Shown here: piece after piece, positions 28,632 through 32,000 of the stretch
Numbering within the stretch: the first letter of the stretch is position 1
How the letters are laid out: each line of letters starts with the position of its first letter
Source: Horticoccus luteus
Lineage (GTDB): Bacteria; Verrucomicrobiota; Verrucomicrobiia; Opitutales; Opitutaceae
Assembly (NCBI RefSeq): GCF_019464535.1
Contig: NZ_CP080507.1
Coordinates: 3,660,001-3,692,000 of the forward strand
DNA length: 32,000 nucleotides
Direction of reading: 5' to 3'
Translations under genes and position numbers: made by a program
The notes under the pieces: generated by a model
Seen by the model: only the letters and a program-made list of their open reading frames with translations
What the model was told of the DNA's origin: nothing
The model's database searches: none

Positions 28632-29777
28632 TCAGAAGCGGAAGTTCGCCGCAACCGTGAAGACGTTATTCGTGAAGTTCGGATCGAGTTGGTCGCGAAG
28701 GGCCTGCGGCAGCGCGGCCGGAGGAATGCGGTCCGAAGAGTTGTCGCGATAGGTGTAACCACCCGAGATGCTGACAAAGGCGTTGATTGCGTAGTTGAAG
28801 CCGACCTGCCCCTGCCAATAGGTGTCGGTGCCAGCGTCGTATTTGATCTCCCGACGGCTGATGCCACCAGAGAAGCTGAGCTCTTCCGAGATTTGGGTGT
28901 TTGCACCCAACGTCACGGTGAAGTTCTTTTGCTGCGAACCCTGCCCGCTGGTGCCGAAGTCATTGTCGATACCGAGCTGAATCGCCGTTTTGGGAGTCAC
29001 GGCATAGGAAAAGTCGGAGTCGATACCGAGCCCATTGCGGTCACTGCCACCAGACAGCGAGCGTTGGTTATATCCCAATTGGAAACGGCCGCTCAGCTTC
29101 GGCGTGAATTCGCCGCGGGCACCCACACTGAGAAAGTGATCTTGCGAATTCTGGCCGGCAGAAAGTTCCGTGTCCCGAAAGCGGTAACCGAAGCTCAGGT
29201 CGAGTTTGGGCGTCATCTTCAGGTAGTAGTTCAATGGCACCGTGGTGATGTCAGAATCCGAGTAACCCCGGCCCGTGCCATCATCTTGATAATCCGTGCG
29301 CTCAAACAAGCCGCCGACGGCCACACTCGATTTCGCGGTCGCCAATACTTCGACGTTCCCGTGGATGTTAAAAACGTCGCGGCGGGTCAGTCCGCGGATG
29401 TCCACCGAATTCTGATTCAATTCCTTATACGACGTGCCGTAATCCAGCTTCAACTTCGCGTCATCGTAGTTTCCCGACAACATGCCGGAGAAAAGATTGG
29501 TATCGAGGCTGTCGTTGTCGCTATAGCGCGCAAACGATTCGGCGACCTGCAGTTTGTTCTGCAAATTCGCGTTCCGGCCGAACTCCAGCGAAATGCCGGG
29601 CACGAAATCGTAAACCACATCATCCGTGCGCACGTGGGACAGGTAGATGTTATCATCCGCTCGCACGTCAGCTGTGCCCGTCACGAAAAAGGCCGGCCCT
29701 GTGCCATCCGCACCGAATGCAGACGAGACGAAACCGATCACGGCGATGGCTGATAAAGCCTTTAATGCAGAGTTCAT
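28632..29777 (-). CDS. Outer-membrane beta-barrel protein of the EPS locus (381 aa)
   Basis: ATG 29777 gives the signal peptide MNSALKALSAIAVIGFVSSAFGADG. The sequence shows alternating hydrophobic/polar beta-strand periodicity and many Gly/Asp/Asn/Ser turns, and ends with aromatic ...TVAANFRF. The upstream extension to 30029 (K/R-rich) was rejected. TGA 28634-28632. Confidence 0.8.
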   Translation of the reverse strand: MNSALKALSAIAVIGFVSSAFGADGTGPAFFVTGTADVRADDNIYLSHVRTDDVVYDFVPGISLEFGRNANLQNKLQVAESFARYSDNDSLDTNLFSGMLSGNYDDAKLKLDYGTSYKELNQNSVDIRGLTRRDVFNIHGNVEVLATAKSSVAVGGLFERTDYQDDGTGRGYSDSDITTVPLNYYLKMTPKLDLSFGYRFRDTELSAGQNSQDHFLSVGARGEFTPKLSGRFQLGYNQRSLSGGSDRNGLGIDSDFSYAVTPKTAIQLGIDNDFGTSGQGSQQKNFTVTLGANTQISEELSFSGGISRREIKYDAGTDTYWQGQVGFNYAINAFVSISGGYTYRDNSSDRIPPAALPQALRDQLDPNFTNNVFTVAANFRF

Positions 29778-29919
29778 TACGATGGTGCTGGTAGATTTAA
29801 ATACCCGAGGGGCCGGTAGGTGAAGACGGCACCCCAAGTCTTTGATTAGCCGGTCAGGAAGATGCAATCGCCTTGCTGAGGCAAGGATTTTTTTCCATGC
29901 CTTCCCTCGCTTAAAAAGC

Positions 29920-31506
29920 ATGCATTTTCGAGGCGTTTTTCTGCTGCTCTCCTCAGGCAAACCACGGCGCCCCCGCCGGGTGGCCTTCGCCGTTGCCCTC
30001 GCGGGCATCGCCGGGTATTTGATTCTCACCGTTTCCGTCTGGCTCTTCGTTCGGTTTCACAGCGGCTTTTCAGACGCGACGCTGACGGACTACCTCACTC
30101 TTCCGCTTCGATGGGATGCCTATCGCGAAAAACGCGGACGGTGGGAGATTCGCCACGGCCTGCGCTTATTCGCGGAAGGTAAAGTACGCGATGCGCTGCC
30201 GCGTTTGCGCGCGGGTGTGGCCCGCGTCCCACGCGATGTGGAGGCACGTCTCACGCTTGCGCGCGGCTACGCGATCGGGCGCCGGCTCGATCTCAGCGAG
30301 GCTATCTTGCTCGATGGCGCTTCTTACGTGGGCGACGACCCGCGTTACGTCGGCGAAGTGCTTGAGTTTCTGTTTTTCCGTCAGGAAGACGACAAGGCGC
30401 TGGCATTCTGCGCCCGAGAGTTGGCGAACTATCCTCACCTCAATGAAGAAACCAGAACGCTCCTCCAGCGGGGAGCGGCCACCGCCTGCTTTTTCCGCGG
30501 CCATTTCGACGCCGCCGAAGACTGGTTGCAACGCGGCGGGCATCCTCTCGATCCCGTTTCCCGACTGCTGACGGCGCAGATCGAGTGGGAACGCGGTTAT
30601 CCGGCACTCGCTATTACCCAGCTCGAAAGCCTCCTCGCCGACGCGCCGCCGGCGGCCGACGCCTACGATCTTTTGGTCAACTATTTGGTTGAGCAGCGCC
30701 GATTTGGGGATGTTCAACGCATCAGCATCCAGCAACAGGTCGCTCAACCGCATCGAGCACGTCCGCGGGTGGATTACCTCCTCGCGTGTGAGCGACTTGG
30801 AGAACGTCGCCGGGTCGACACCGAGACCGCCTCGATCTTGGCCGAATTCGCCGCCGACAACGATGGGGCCGCCAGCCTCGCGAGCTTCGCCGCGCAAAAC
30901 GGCAACGTGCCGTTGGCCGCAGCGCTTGTGCAGCGGCGCACGGCGCTCGGTCTCGACGCTGTGCCCGCGCGCTTCGCGCTGGCAGAAGCTCTCACCAAGA
31001 TCCACGACTTCAAAGCCGCCCAAGTCGAACTGCAGCAACTGGCCGCGCCGGCCACCCTGCTTCCAAGTCAGGACGCGCTATTGCTCGGCCTTGAGGCCGT
31101 CGTCGCCGCTGGCTTGGGCGATTCCGGCGGCGTCCAACTCCATCTGACCGCGTTTCTAAGCCACCCGGCTGTTCGCGCCGACAATGTCGTCGCCGTCGCC
31201 GTTCGACTTCAAGAGCAGGGCGCTTCCAACTACGCCCGCTCCGCTCTTGAGACTGCCGTGCACCTCGATCCTCAAAATCAATTCGCACTCATGCACTTGA
31301 TCGACCTCGACGTGCAAAATACCAACCTCGCCGCGCTGCCATCCAATCTTCGCTCCTACCTGCAAACGCGGAAACCTTCCCCCACCGTCCTTGCGGCGGC
31401 GCGCACTAAACTTAGCAGCGATGCGTTTTTGTTTTCCGCCGACCGCACGGCCACCTTGGAGCTTCTCCGCGATGCCGCCCCGCGCTCATCGGCTCCGCGC
31501 GGCTAG
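29920..31506 (+). CDS. Membrane-anchored helical-repeat (TPR-like) protein, 528 aa
   Basis: ATG 29920 (MHFRGVFLLLSSGKPRRPRRVAFAVALAGIAGYLILTVSVWLFV) gives one N-terminal TM helix. It is followed by Ala/Leu/Arg-rich helical repeats (ARLTLARGYAIGRRLDLSEAILL..., ALETAVHLDPQNQFALMHLIDL). The gene is divergent from the EPS export operon. TAG 31504-31506. The start could instead be 29842. Confidence 0.7.
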   Translation: MHFRGVFLLLSSGKPRRPRRVAFAVALAGIAGYLILTVSVWLFVRFHSGFSDATLTDYLTLPLRWDAYREKRGRWEIRHGLRLFAEGKVRDALPRLRAGVARVPRDVEARLTLARGYAIGRRLDLSEAILLDGASYVGDDPRYVGEVLEFLFFRQEDDKALAFCARELANYPHLNEETRTLLQRGAATACFFRGHFDAAEDWLQRGGHPLDPVSRLLTAQIEWERGYPALAITQLESLLADAPPAADAYDLLVNYLVEQRRFGDVQRISIQQQVAQPHRARPRVDYLLACERLGERRRVDTETASILAEFAADNDGAASLASFAAQNGNVPLAAALVQRRTALGLDAVPARFALAEALTKIHDFKAAQVELQQLAAPATLLPSQDALLLGLEAVVAAGLGDSGGVQLHLTAFLSHPAVRADNVVAVAVRLQEQGASNYARSALETAVHLDPQNQFALMHLIDLDVQNTNLAALPSNLRSYLQTRKPSPTVLAAARTKLSSDAFLFSADRTATLELLRDAAPRSSAPRG

Positions 31507-32000
31507 CACGTCGTCGAGCGCTTCCAGCAAACGGCGGTTTTGGCTCTCCGTGCCGACAGTCACCCGCACCCATTCGGGCATGCCGTAACCGCGCAATGGC
31601 CGCACAATCACGCCGCGCGCCTGCAAGCCGTTGAAAACCGCCGCGCCATCGCCGACGTGAATCAGCACGAAGTTCGCCGCACTCGGCACGTAGGTTAGCG
31701 CGCGGCTCCGGCAACCCGCATACAATTGCTCCAACCCTGCGGCGTTGGCCTCCCGGCACCGCTTCGCAAATTCTCCATCCGCCAGCGCAGCCGTCGCGGC
31801 GGCTTGCGCGATCGCATTAACGTTGAACGGCTGACGCACCCGTTCGAGCAGGCCGATCAACTCCGCATCGCCATAACCGTAGCCCACTCGCAACGCGGCG
31901 AGGCCGTAGATCTTGGAAAACGTCCGCAGCCCGATGACCGCTCTGCCCTCGGCGATCAACGGCCGAATATCGGGCGGCTGGGCGAGAAATTCCGCGTAAG
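31486..32000 (-). CDS. hisC: Histidinol-phosphate aminotransferase, C-terminal part (the N-terminus lies beyond the right window edge)
   Basis: GLRTFSKIYGLAALRVGYGYG holds the PLP-Lys SK motif. Also present: VRQPFNVNAIAQAAA, NFVLIHV and WVRVTVGTESQNRRLLEAL. The frame stays open to nt 32000. TGA 31488-31486. The 3' end overlaps the convergent gene by 21 nt. Confidence 0.75.
   Translation of the reverse strand, partial: YAEFLAQPPDIRPLIAEGRAVIGLRTFSKIYGLAALRVGYGYGDAELIGLLERVRQPFNVNAIAQAAATAALADGEFAKRCREANAAGLEQLYAGCRSRALTYVPSAANFVLIHVGDGAAVFNGLQARGVIVRPLRGYGMPEWVRVTVGTESQNRRLLEALDDVLAARSR

Noticed and set aside
28545-29753. 402-aa plus-strand ORF opposite the beta-barrel gene
   Set aside because: It is Arg/Val/Glu-rich with no motif. 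The minus-strand frame has a signal peptide, beta-strand periodicity and a C-terminal Phe typical of outer-membrane proteins.
29778-30029. N-terminal extension of the beta-barrel ORF (track start at 30029)
   Set aside because: The 84 extra residues are Lys/Arg-rich and overlap the divergent gene's start region. ATG 29777 yields a standard signal peptide.
30166-31038. 290-aa minus-strand ORF inside the helical-repeat gene
   Set aside because: It has shadow composition. The plus-strand frame is longer, has an N-terminal TM anchor, and has TPR-like helical repeats.
31486-31506. 21-nt overlap of the convergent 3' ends of the helical-repeat gene and hisC
   Set aside because: Short convergent overlaps are common in compact GC-rich genomes, and there is no further structure to suggest function.
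1-32000. Scan for tRNA/rRNA genes, CRISPR arrays, IS/transposase, integrase, toxin-antitoxin or known defence genes
   Set aside because: I saw no T-loop GGTTCGA-type motifs in non-coding DNA, no regularly spaced direct repeats, and no ORF with DDE, recombinase, nuclease or RT motifs. A scan by eye cannot exclude small or divergent elements.

Overview
This is a high-GC bacterial chromosomal segment. Spot counts of 60-nt lines give about 60-78% GC in most genes. The PEP-CTERM sorting signal, giant Ig-like-repeat secreted proteins and a TMTC-like TPR glycosyltransferase suggest a Verrucomicrobiota (Opitutaceae-like) genome, but that taxonomy is inference. I found no rRNA, tRNA, CRISPR array, transposase, phage gene or recognisable defence gene.

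Layout:
(1) 1-10.4 kb, + strand: a cell-surface cluster. It holds a 5'-partial giant Ig-like-repeat protein, a small secreted protein, a second Ig-like-repeat protein with the same unassigned tandem C-terminal domain pair, a TMTC-like GT-C membrane glycosyltransferase with about 7 TPR units, a decayed TPR fragment, and a low-GC PEP-CTERM paralog of the giant protein's N-terminal module.
(2) 10.6-17.4 kb, + strand: a carbohydrate-active-looking cluster. It holds a GESGG alpha/beta hydrolase, a secreted parallel beta-helix protein and a secreted protein of unknown family. The deletion remnant of an AraC regulator sits in its promoter region.
(3) 17.7-24.3 kb: a minus-strand operon (683-aa unknown cytoplasmic protein, Tat-signal SGNH-like protein, Na+/solute symporter) lying divergent from an intact AraC regulator.
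(4) 24.4-25.7 kb: a stand-alone rpsR and Sua5-type tsaC.
(5) 25.7-31.5 kb: a lower-GC exopolysaccharide export module (beta-barrel OMP, Wza-like, Wzc-like tyrosine autokinase) and a divergent membrane-anchored helical-repeat protein.
(6) The 3' part of hisC, running off the right edge.

The most novel-looking signal is the Ig-like adhesin cluster. It has an unassigned duplicated C-terminal domain and an adjacent TMTC-like glycosyltransferase, which suggests a possible protein O-glycosylation module. Other oddities are listed in the findings: an AraC deletion ghost, a 166-bp element bounded by inverted repeats, and terminators that abut the next start codon.

All family assignments come from motifs read by eye. 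No HMM or BLAST search was possible.
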